Assembly: GCF_001194135.2 (NCBI RefSeq)
Contig: NC_068987.1
Location: 23,855,544-23,919,543, forward strand
From: Octopus bimaculoides
Taxonomy: Eukaryota
Direction of reading: 5' to 3'
DNA: 64,000 bases
In this document: positions 1 through 10,811 of the stretch, one piece after another
Layout: each line of letters starts with the position of its first letter
How positions within the stretch are numbered: the stretch's first letter is position 1
Translations under genes and position numbers: made by a program
The notes under the pieces: generated by a model
Database searches by the model: none
Seen by the model: only the letters and a program-made list of their open reading frames with translations
Told to the model about the DNA's origin: nothing

Positions 1-1895
1 TATTAAGGTATGTTGGCGGAGTCATTACAGCTTCAAAATGCAGTCTTTCTATCTCATTATGCTCTGAGTTCAAATCCTGCTGAGGTCAACTTTGCTTATT
101 TATCTTTTTAGGGAGGTCAATAAATAAAGCATCAGTCCAATCTAAGGTTGATTCTCTCTCTTTCACACTTTCTCTCTGGAAGCAATCGGTTGTCATCAGA
201 CCTGATGAGCACACTGCCAAGTTTAAAATGCTCAAGATATGCAGTATATCACAAAGGGACCCCCTAGGATTCCACTAGGTGTTGAAGGCAATGGAAGGTA
301 GAAAAAATATAACTGGAAAAGGAAGGGATGGTCATAGCTAGAATGCCTTTGATCATAGCTTTCCTTGATCAAGGTTGACTTAGATTACACAATAACCACC
401 ACTTGAAGTCACATCAATGGCATATCAAGTGTTATGACCATAGGTTTACAGATAGGCTTGGTAAAGATGTGGAGCATGGATTCTATAGAGAAATCCTACA
501 ATTATAGGATCTCTGGAAGTGATAAAAAAAACAAAAAAACAAATGTAATGGACTAATCATTCAACCAGAGCATATTGCAGCTCACAAATTGCAGAAACAC
601 TTCTGCTGCAATCCACCAACATGTTTAGAAAAATTCTGATCATTGGAGACAAATAACTAGAAAACTAGAACTAAGCTAGAAATCTTTACAAATTACATCC
701 TTGCTCCGCCATCCACTGTTTAGCACATGTACGCATGCACAGACACACAAAATGCATACGTAATACATGCATGCATACATAATTACATAGTTACAAGCTG
801 TGGGAACATAGCCAAAATCTAGGATGGATAAATAGTAATAATAATAATATAATATAGTAATGGGAAAAAATAAATAAAATACATACACCTACTGAATAAT
901 AATAGTTGTTTCAAATTTTGGCACAGGGCCAGCAATTTTAGGGGAGGACATAAGTTGAAAGCTCCAATACTTGACTGACACTTTATTTTATCAATCACTG
1001 AAAGGATGAAAGCAAAGTTGACCTTGGCAGAATCTGAGCTTAGCATGTAAAGAGCTGGAAAAAAATGCCAGTAAAGTTGACCTAAGTAGGATTTAAACTC
1101 AGAATGTAAGGAGCAGGAACAAATGTCCACAAGGCACCTTTTTTTTTTCCAATGTTCTAACAATTCTGCTTACTTACCACCTTAAAAAGCATTATATTAC
1201 ATTATAAAAACAGCAAGAAGGGAAAAAATAGGGTAACATCACTAACAACTAACCTCCACCCCACTAACTAACACTAAGGCTCCTCTGCTCCTCAGTAGCA
1301 ATCAGGTGATTTACTCAGTCAGTAAGCAGTGATTAAAACTAAACCACTACCACTGCCACTGCTACCAACCCACCATCAATGTTACCACTATCACCACCAC
1401 CACCATACATCTTGGTTTATTTAGGGGTAGCAGACAACAAGTGAGAACCCCCTCTTACACTAGATCTGCATGAAAAGGCAAGCAGACATCTTATGCACCC
1501 CCTTCAGAATTAGTGAGTGAGTCAGTCACTGTAGTCTGGGGAAAAGGGATTTACATAGAGAAAAAGAACATCAATACTAAAATAGATTAAATATGTTCCC
1601 CTACCACTTCAATTTTTTTTTTTAAATGTACTAAAAAATATATATAAGATAAATTAAAACCTCCCTAAAGGAAGCATTAGTATACAGCAAATATTCACAG
1701 GACTGATGGAGAAGTCTTAAAGTAAATACTTTATAGCTTTAGAGATACAGAAAATAGAGATAGGTTTCTCCCAGAATAATTAGAAAAACTACTAAAATAC
1801 AGGCAAGTTCCTGTTAATTGAGGAAATTATCAAGATTAAACATAGCCCAGAGATTACCATCCTTGCTGTTTTTGGTAATAATATTTCACTTAATT

Positions 1896-2109
1896 AAGGC
1901 AGCGAGCTGGCAGAAACGTTAGCATGCAGGGCGAAATGCTTAGCAGTATTTCCTGTCTTTATGTTCTAAGTTCAAATTCCACCGAGGTCAACTTTGCCTT
2001 TCATCCTTTCGGGGTTGATAAAATTAAGTACCAGTTGCATAGTGGAGGTCAATCTAATCGACTGGCCCCCTCCCCAAAAATTTCAGGCCTTGTGCCTAGA
2101 GTGGAAAAG
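1896..2109 (+). mobile_element. tRNA-derived SINE (octopus OR-type) with 16-bp target-site duplication
   Basis: Head GGCAGCGAGCTGGCAGAAACGTTAGC, core GCCTTTCATCCTTTCGGGGTTGATAAA; flanked by identical AATATTTCACTTAATT at 1880-1895 and 2110-2125; many related copies in the window. Confidence 0.85.
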
Positions 2110-2487
2110 AATATTTCACTTAATTTTGAAATTTCATGTTGAAAATTACATTAGAAAAAGGATAAGGATGGGAGTGGCTATTGAGTTGCTATTGATTAAA
2201 ACAGAGGAAACAGCCTGATCAAACAGCACTTACTCTTCCAGTTTGGTATGACTGTTGTTTAGCCTTAGATCTGCTTTGATCAAGCAGACTTATGATCAAA
2301 GGTGTTACCAGGTGTAACCATCCTTTTTTCAGTCATACTTATAAGTGAATCTAAGACCTCAAATAGCCACGAGAATACTTGTTACATCTAAGTATCTCAT
2401 GGTGTTTTTAAAAGACACAATGCTATGAGATTGATGTTACTGTTGTTTACCTCAGATCAGCTCTGTTCTGAGATCTTTCTGATTTGG

Positions 2488-2964
2488 TGGGCGCCAATTT
2501 TTATTTATGTTTCATTTAGTGTGTTTTCTACCGAAACACTTTAAAACTTTGTATACTTGTATATTTTGTGTTATAGAACAGAGAAAAATTTTTATATTCA
2601 AAGTTATTTCATGTTAAAAGTTGTCGTATTTCGGTAATTTCAACAAATCACTGACGTCTATTGAGGTGAAAACAATTACTGCTGTGGAATGTAAACAACA
2701 CATTGTGGCGGTGTAATGGGATCCCTTGAATAAAATTAGTGCCGTTGTTTCCCAACAACAACTATCGGCGGTACTGTTATTTATGACATCGTTCGTGCGT
2801 TTGTACTGGTTTTAGCTTTAGGGTTTTAGGATTAGGGTTTGGGAGTTAGGGTTAGGGTTAGGGTTTTAGAGTTAGGGTTATGAGTATTTTTGCCAAATTT
2901 GGTGAAAGGCAAAAATACTTATAACCCTAACCTTGGTTTTTTATCTCATTACGAAAAGTAACTC
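2488..2964. mobile_element. Non-autonomous DNA element carrying a degenerate (TTAGGG)n tract and a 24-bp hairpin
   Basis: CpG-retaining segment; TTAGGG variants at about 2811-2880; inverted repeat 2871-2894 / 2908-2931 (1 mismatch, 13-nt loop). Confidence 0.55.
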
Positions 2965-3016
2965 CTTTTATATCTATGTGTGTGTGTGTGTGTGTGCGCA
3001 CACTCAAGTTCATATA

Positions 3017-3047
<31 letters not shown>

Positions 3048-3237
3048 GTTTAACGTCCGCTTTCCATGCTAGCATGGGTTGGACGATTTGACTGAGGACT
3101 GGTGAAACCGGATGGCAACACCAGGCTCCAGTCTGATTTGGCAGAGTTTCTACAGCTGGATGCCCTTCCTAACGCCAACCACTCAGAGAGTGTAGTGGGT
3201 GCTTTTACGTGTCACCCGCACGAAAACGGCCACGCAC
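3017..3237 (-). mobile_element. SINE-like element with (GAT)n RTE-type 3' tail, truncated by assembly gap
   Basis: (CAT)n followed by CGTTTAACGTCCGCTTTCCATGCTAGCATGGGTTGGACG; reverse-complement copy at 44611-44683 and related copy at 47360-47740. Confidence 0.7.
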
Positions 3238-4141
3238 NNNNNNNNNNNNNNNNNNNNNNNNNNNNNNNNNNNNNNNNNNNNNNNNNNNNNNNNNNNNNNN
3301 NNNNNNNNNNNNNNNNNNNNNNNNNNNNNNNNNNNNNNNNNNNNNNNNNNNNNNNNNNNNNNNNNNNNNNNNNNNNNNNNNNNNNNNNNNNNNNNNNNNN
3401 NNNNNNNNNNNNNNNNNNNNNNNNNNNNNNNNNNNNNNNNNNNNNNNNNNNNNNNNNNNNNNNNNNNNNNNNNNNNNNNNNNNNNNNNNNNNNNNNNNNN
3501 NNNNNNNNNNNNNNNNNNNNNNNNNNNNNNNNNNNNNNNNNNNNNNNNNNNNNNNNNNNNNNNNNNNNNNNNNNNNNNNNNNNNNNNNNNNNNNNNNNNN
3601 NNNNNNNNNNNNNNNNNNNNNNNNNNNNNNNNNNNNNNNNNNNNNNNNNNNNNNNNNNNNNNNNNNNNNNNNNNNNNNNNNNNNNNNNNNNNNNNNNNNN
3701 NNNNNNNNNNNNNNNNNNNNNNNNNNNNNNNNNNNNNNNNNNNNNNNNNNNNNNNNNNNNNNNNNNNNNNNNNNNNNNNNNNNNNNNNNNNNNNNNNNNN
3801 NNNNNNNNNNNNNNNNNNNNNNNNNNNNNNNNNNNNNNNNNNNNNNNNNNNNNNNNNNNNNNNNNNNNNNNNNNNNNNNNNNNNNNNNNNNNNNNNNNNN
3901 NNNNNNNNNNNNNNNNNNNNNNNNNNNNNNNNNNNNNNNNNNNNNNNNNNNNNNNNNNNNNNNNNNNNNNNNNNNNNNNNNNNNNNNNNNNNNNNNNNNN
4001 NNNNNNNNNNNNNNNNNNNNNNNNNNNNNNNNNNNNNNNNNNNNNNNNNNNNNNNNNNNNNNNNNNNNNNNNNNNNNNNNNNNNNNNNNNNNNNNNNNNN
4101 NNNNNNNNNNNNNNNNNNNNNNNNNNNNNNNNNNNNNNNNN
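3238..4141. other. Assembly gap (others at 18261-18270, 24348-24784, 27362-27594, 44264-44610, 45297-45306, 55363-55441, 59584-60075, 62275-62440)
   Basis: Runs of N; ORFs spanning them are artefacts. Confidence 0.98.
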
Positions 4142-4879
4142 ATATATATATATATATATATATATATACATGCACACACACAAACACAAGACAAGAGAAT
4201 AAAGCAAGAAATTATTTAATCATAACATTTTTACATGTTTCTATGACAATTACGTGATAATTACATAATTTTACATAATCCACAGTACAAGCCATCTATG
4301 TTAATAGGCACTTTATAAACATATTGTGTGTACAGATGTGCATACTAGCAGGGTTAGATAGTTCTATAAATATTGATTAAAGACTTTCTCAAATGAAACT
4401 GTTTTTAACTTGTTATCCATTATTATTTTCAAAGTTAGGAAAAACAATAGCTCTCAAGTTAAGTTAGCCATGAGTTCAAGCCATACTTCAACCACTGAAT
4501 TGTGACCTTGAGTAAAGCTCTTTACTATGTTGCCTCAGTATGTCTGACTGTTAAGAGGTTCCATTCCTATCTAGCAACTGAATGGTTAGTAATGAAAATG
4601 GCATCCAGCTGTAAAGGTAAAAAAAAAATAAAACTTCACCAATAAAAACCATCCCATCCCACTTTGAATAAATGGTTGTAACACAACAAAATAAGAATAG
4701 TTAAGTGGCTAATGAACAGTTTGTATATATTTAGCACAGTCTTAGCCTCTCCTCATTAGCCCTTTAAAATAGATAAATAAATACAAAAAACAACAACAAT
4801 AGCAAACACCAATCCTAGTCAGATTTGGACACATGTACACACCTTTTGCACCTACTAACATTAAAAATATCTCTCAGAG

Positions 4880-4975
4880 AATAAACTGAATGAAAGAAGA
4901 AAAGTTGATGAAAGCCAGAGGCTATATGACGCAAAACTAGCTAACAGAAAACTCAGATCAATGGCAGCACTACAG
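4880..4975 (+). CDS. Candidate internal coding exon of an unidentified gene (NKLNERRKVDESQRLYDAKLANRKLRSMAALQ)
   Basis: Branch-like CTAAC upstream, acceptor TCTCAG(AG), donor CAG|GTAAAA; 96 nt, only one open frame, charged helical composition. Confidence 0.45.
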
Positions 4976-5275
4976 GTAAAACCAGATGTTTGTTGGCACT
5001 GGGAATGGTTCAGCAGTAAATAACCAAGTAACTTTTTTATATGCACACATACACTCACACATGCTATAAGCATTATAATAACGTAGGAAGTTTTCCCAGC
5101 AGACCAAGTTTTACATTTCCTTCCCTATTACTAATCACAAATGGTCAAACAACTGATTATTAATAGCACTAGTACAAGATATAAATATAAACACACACAC
5201 ACATATAAATCCTCAGTAAATAATAAATACTAAAGAGAAGCAGGAGAGCTTTATAAATGCAAAATCCAGACCAGC

Positions 5276-5344
5276 CATTAGGGTCTGATGAGGCATATGT
5301 AAAGCCAAGCACTTTGTGAGCCGGAAACCCTGGGTAACCCTATG
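5276..5344 (+). ncRNA. Type I hammerhead ribozyme-like motif (one extra G before GAAA)
   Basis: Stem I TAGGGT/ACCCTA, CTGATGA core (5285-5291), stem II GGC...GCC, G-GAAAC, stem III ACC-CTG-GGT, cleavage triplet GTA (5334-5336). Confidence 0.6.
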
Positions 5345-5869
5345 AACCAACCATAACTATCTTTCTCTAAAAACATATATATATAATAATACAATCATTT
5401 ATTTATTTATACACACATACATAAATGCACACACATACCACTGTTTTATGTCTATTGTCTTCTCATTTCCCTCATGCTGACATGAACTTGTTGGGACCCA
5501 GGGTGTCGCATACAAACTTTTAGAGCTTGACACCCTTCCCCTCACCAACTATTTTACAGCTAAGATTTGATGGAGTTTACTTGTTACTGGCAGTAAGGCT
5601 GAAGAGTTCCCTCTACTCTAGATGACACATCTTTGAAAAATGTCATTCCACACTGTGTAGCACTTTTGAAAACTTTCTTTTTTTTGCTTAGTTACACTTA
5701 ACACTACCATGACACAAAAATATTACCTCAATAATGTAAATAATAAGAGAAGTGAGAGTTCCAAAAGCATAACGCCAAAGTAAGACCAGAATTTGTTTCA
5801 AAGTGAGGGCAGATTATATAATTCTTGTGTATGGAATATCAAGCTGTATCATAGTAGGATATGGAACTT

Positions 5870-6246
5870 GCTGTTGGCACTCCGTCGCTTACGATGTCGA
5901 GGGTTCCAGTCAATCCAATCAACGGAACAGCCTGCTCGTGAAATGAACGTGCAAGTGGCTGAGCATTCCACAGACACGTGTACCCTTAACGTAGTTCTCG
6001 GGGATATTCAGCGTGACAAGGCTGACCCTTTGAAATACAGGCACAACAGAAACAGGAAGAAAGAGTGAGAGAAAGTTGTGGTGAAAGAGTACAGCAGGGT
6101 TCACCACCATCCTCTGCCGGAGCCTCGTGGAGCTTTTTTAGGTGTTTTCGCTCAATAAACACTCACAACGCCCGGTCTGGGAATCGAAACTGCAATCCTA
6201 TGACCACGAGTCCGCTGCCCTAACCACTGGGCCATTGCGCCTCCAC
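5870..6246 (-). mobile_element. tRNA-derived SINE with (AAC)n tail
   Basis: Minus-strand head GGAGGCGCAATGGCCCAGTGGTTAGGG with A and B boxes; TSD AGGATA(T/G)GGAACTT at 5856-5869 / 6247-6260; near-identical copies at 40598 and 58276. Confidence 0.85.
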
Positions 6247-6731
6247 AGGATAGGGAACTTAATGTGCAATAATTGTGATGGCTAGAAACAAATAAAGTGA
6301 ACGAGCTATGGAGGACGTGTAATGTTAGTGTGTGTGTGTGAATAAGAATTCAAAGGAGCCGAGAGGAAAACTGGATATAATTAGAGCCAGATATAGTGAG
6401 GACAGAATCTACAGAAAAAGGAGACTAAAGATGATATGGAAACAAAATGGTAAAGACTTATTTCAAAAGCTGAACTTCACAAAGGAGCTGAAGGTCCTGC
6501 AGCAAGTGGTGAAATGATGTGATAAAGAAATTGTATCCAACACATGCAGCAAGGAAAAATGGAAAAATTGGATTGCTCCCAAACATTATGCATAGTTACA
6601 GGTTACCCTTTGGCAAGGCATAGCATCCGTTCAGTCATCCTGTCAGGGATACAGTCATGGGACTGTAGCATGATGGATTATGAATAAATAAATAAATAAA
6701 TAAAAAAAGAATAGTGAACTTGCCATGAAGA

Positions 6732-6913
6732 GTGGAAAATGCAAGATTTTGGAGAGTGCCCTTCAGTGAAAAGTTGAAAGATGAGAAAATAAATGAGAAG
6801 CAGCAGAGTTTTACATCCTCTAAGTTTAAAAAAAATCTATGATGTCTTATTTATTTCTCTCCTTTCAACTTTTCACTGAAGAAGCACACTGTCCAAAATA
6901 TTGGATTTTCCAC
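6732..6913. repeat. Foldback inverted repeat (arms about 67 bp)
   Basis: 6732-6798 is the imperfect reverse complement of 6845-6913; right arm contains CTGAAGA...CCAAAATATT. Confidence 0.7.
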
Positions 6914-6989
6914 CCCTTGTTGCAAATCTATTGTACTCTTTTCATTGATCTTACTACATAAGTCTAGTCAATGCAGACTAACACCAGCC

Positions 6990-7700
6990 TCTTTGAAGTT
7001 TTTGTTTATATATGTATACCAGCAGGCCCTTGCTTTAGGGAAGTTCAGTGAAAGCAATGGTGTTGCTGTGGACATCAGCAAAGACCTCAAATGTCTCTGG
7101 CATGCAAATCTATCAAAATTTCCTTCCCTCTCTGATTTCTTGGATCAGTAGCATCCTCTCAGATTGCACTACTGCAACACATGCTGACAAAGATCTTCCT
7201 GTCCCATTTTCAATCAACTCTGGTACTACCCTAGGGCTCATACCCCACTCTCTTTTTTCTACATCAAAGACCTATTTGTCACCACATAAAAACACACTGA
7301 CTCTTAAGCAGATGACACAATCCTTCATTCCTCTCTAACTTTCCTCAACTATGCATCATCCATATACAGCCTAGATGCCACACACCAAACCTACATTAAT
7401 TCTATAAAAGGACCTTGCAAGCATCCTTCATTGGAGCCATGCCAACCTTGTCTCTTTTTTAACAGCATAAAAGAAAAAAACTTCAAGTGCCACTCCTATC
7501 AACACTGTATCCCTTGCCAAACATGTGTCTCATTCAGTTAGAGCCCTCCAGTCACTCTAAATGTAGGAACACTTCTGGAAAAAGTACATCCTTAACATAG
7601 CAAGCACCACATCCCAAAGACTGGCTTTTCTTTTCGGGGCCAGAAAATATCTTAGCCTCTAAAAACTACAAAACTCAAGTGAGCTCCATGAGAGAATACC
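6990..7700 (+). mobile_element. Decayed CR1/Jockey-type LINE reverse-transcriptase fragment
   Basis: Translations VAVDISKDLKCLWHANL (cf. ALDISKAFDRVWH) and PFSINSGTTLG (cf. INSGVPQG), broken by frameshifts and stops. Confidence 0.65.
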
Positions 7701-10700
7701 ACATCTGGGATGGGATACTGCTACCATTTAGTATTTTGTCACAAATAAAGATACTTCAGCCACTGACCCACAGGCAAACTGTGACCTATCACTGTCTTTT
7801 CTATCAGTATTAGGATGGCCTCTGTTCCTCTGGCTAGTCATACCTCCAACTCAATTGTCTTCTTAATCTCTCATCACACTTGGTATGCCTAAACTCCTTG
7901 CCCTCATTCTAACCATTATTCCTAGTTCTTTCAGCCCCTGGAATCTCCTCCCTGTTCATATCTTTCTTGGAGGTGTTTAACTGCAATAGTTTAAATGGAA
8001 CGCTAATGGCATCAAGCCTGTTGCTCTTGGAGAGCCTGTGAAGATCATTGGCACTGCTCCTTCCTTCAATTTCAGCAAGTGAAAGAGAAACTATATCGTC
8101 ATTTAACATCTTTTCCATGTTTGCATGGGTCAGATGACATTTGTTAAAGTAGATCTTCAATGGCTGGATGCCCTTCCTGTTGCTAATCCTCACCTGCTTC
8201 CAAGCAATGTAATATTTCCCATTGCCAGCCATGTTTTGTTGGAAGATTGGAAACAAACAGCCCTTGTATGATGGTGATGCTCATTTACAGCCATTATCCG
8301 ATGTCAAGACAAGGGTACACACAAACACACATGTACATATATAGATAAGCTTTTTACAGCTTCTGTCTACCAAATCCACTAAGGATTTTGTCAGCCTGGC
8401 CAAAGTGCTGCAAGGTGGGACTGACACAAAGGCCACATTGTTGAGAAGCAAGCTTCTTAACAACACAGCCACATGTTGTTGTTGTTGTTGTGTGTGTGTA
8501 TAAATATGTGTGGGTTTATTATAATCAATTTTGTGATTAATCAATGGAAGGAATAAAGTAAACGTTACTCAAAATAACATCTGGTGCCATCTAAACTCAG
8601 GAGATCAATAGATCAATATAATGTAAAGCACAACATAGCCATGTAGGTCAAATTTCTGAAAAAGTTTATTACTCCAGCAATGTTTTCAAGCCTGTTTGTT
8701 GTGATAAAAAGCAATAATAACTTTAGTTTTTTTTTGTTTTTTTTTTGTTTTTTTTTTTTGCTTCCAGGGAATAGATAAGGGGGTTTAATAAGTAGAAATG
8801 ACAAAAATGGTGGGGCTTTTCACAGAATCAATTATGAAAACAAAAAGACAAGTATGGAAAAAAAAAACAGTATGCAAAAGAATGAAATGTGACCTCCCTA
8901 CATGGGGACAAACACTAGAATCAATCAAGGAACTCAATTCAGAATTATCCTCATACCTAAAAAAATGTTCCCTCTTCCAGCTGTGTTCTCCTGCTTAGTG
9001 ATGCATGCCTAGAGTAGGCCCAATTATGCTGGCTATTCACAGCACTCTCACACAACTTACTCTCCTTATCTTCCCCTCAAAATGAAACCTCTTGGGTGAG
9101 CAGAAAAATGCTGTCTTCAATCCTTTCAATGTTACCCACCATGCAAATTCTTTTGTTATAACTGCCAAACAATGGGAAATTGCCTGCCTTTCCTGGCTAA
9201 AAGAAGTCAGTAGGATGATCCTCACAATGAAGTCAACTGACATCCAGATCTGTCCTATGTGCAACAGGGCTGTTAACCAAAGCTCAGACATTGAATAACT
9301 GCATACAGAACAGTTTCATTGCTCACTGTGCATTTTAAACAGGCTTGGCTAGCCACTAGTATTAGCATGTCTGAAGAGTAAATCTTGAACCGGCAAAACT
9401 TAAAAATAGCACTGCAAGGCTAAGGATTTGGGGAAATTGACCCTGAGTTGAAAGTTCTCCAAAATAAACTGTTCAGATAATTTTGTCAACAACCAGAATC
9501 TTCCCAAGAATGAAGTCAGTCTTTCCCCCTACATGATGTAATGATTGATATTTTAAAAGCTTCATTGCCTCAATAGTAGAGAAAGGTGAGCATCTGGCAA
9601 CATTCCAGATCCCAGGCCCCCAATCTTGGTCTTTACTTGACGAGCTGTGAGAATCATACCTCATACAGCAACCAAAGCTTACTTTCTAAAGATCCCAGTC
9701 AAATGTCAAAATGTTACAACTCCAGTGCATGTCTGCACATTTATCAGCCAGAGTTTGTTTGAGATCTTTGTGCAGAGGGCACTCAATCAAAGATGACTTT
9801 TGGCTAAATAATAACAATGTATAATCCCAACTGCAGTTACCTCTCAGTAAAAGTAAATGACTCCTTGAGCACCAGGAACCAGTGCATAACCATAAATAAT
9901 GGACAACAAAGTGTGAAGCAAAATTCATATTGCTGTAAACACAGAGAATGTGGAAACTAAGCAAACAAACATCATCATTTTAATATCCACTTTTCCATGT
10001 TTACATGGATCAGATGAAGTTTATGGAAGATTTTTTTTTATATGGCTGGATGTCCTTCCTGCTGCCAACCTTCACTTGTTTCTGAGCAAGGTAATATTTC
10101 CCCATGACAAGAAAGGATTTTGCAGAATATAGGAAATGAATGACACTGCTTGAATGATAGTGATACTCATTTACAACTAATCACATGATGGCAAAACAAG
10201 GACACACGCACACACACAAGCTTCATTCAGTTACCATCAGCCAAATATACTCACACAGCTTTGGTTAATCCAAGATTATAAACAAAGACTCTTGCCCAAG
10301 GTGCCATGCAAGAGTGAACCTGAAACCATGAAGTTGGGAAGCAAACTTTTCAACACAGCCACGTTGAAAATGATAAACAGCCAAAAAGAAGACAGAACTA
10401 GAAGAAGGCTAAATATTTATCCTAAGTACTCAGCAAAGCAACCCATCATGAAGTAGATACTCAACTAATAAGTCATCACACACTAAAGTTTATCCTATTT
10501 TACTAAGTACATGTAGTGGCAGAAGCAACACATAACTCTGCTTACACAGTCACAATTAGAACTACATTAACAACTAATAAAACTACCTTTGTTGATTCAG
10601 AGTTACTTAGACATGTAAATTGTAAGCTTTAGAATCTCTGGGACAATTTTTTAATGAGATCAATCTGTCAGTTTGTCAGGCATTCTGTTTGTCTAATTAT

Positions 10701-10734
10701 TTTTCTATGATTTTCTTTGCTCTTTCTCCTGCAG

Positions 10735-10811
10735 AAAATAGATGAAAATTTTGCCAAATAGATATGGGTTTTATGGATGTGCAAATCTGGATATTTGCAT
10801 TAATTGTTGAA
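10735..10811 (+). other. Candidate spliced exon (strong acceptor and donor); coding status unclear
   Basis: Long polypyrimidine tract plus CTAAT and CCTGCAG| acceptor; donor GAA|GTAAGT; phase-0 reading KIDENFAK*; internal ATG 10764 gives MGFMDVQIWIFALIVE. Confidence 0.45.

Noticed and set aside
193-209. TCATCAG-AC-CTGATGA hairpin and CTGATGA at 15472, 36673, 55958
   Set aside because: No correctly placed stem II and GAAA; part of common MITE-like repeats or chance
2811-2880. True telomere or chromosome-fusion site
   Set aside because: Short, degenerate and embedded in a hairpin-bearing dispersed element
3102-4257. Long ORFs (190-366 aa) spanning N runs here and at 24230, 27280, 44089, 59446, 62110
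   Set aside because: Artefacts of translating gaps; the flanks are SINE or microsatellite sequence
5560-5592. Possible 33-nt + strand micro-exon LRFDGVYLLLA
   Set aside because: Splice signals only moderate, too short to assess, and it does not fix the phase mismatch between candidate exons
7362-7375. Possible SLAIN exon 2 start (G-CTG-TAT, 'LY') on the minus strand
   Set aside because: Poor acceptor and an in-frame TAG six codons later; similar hit at 16395 also stops at once
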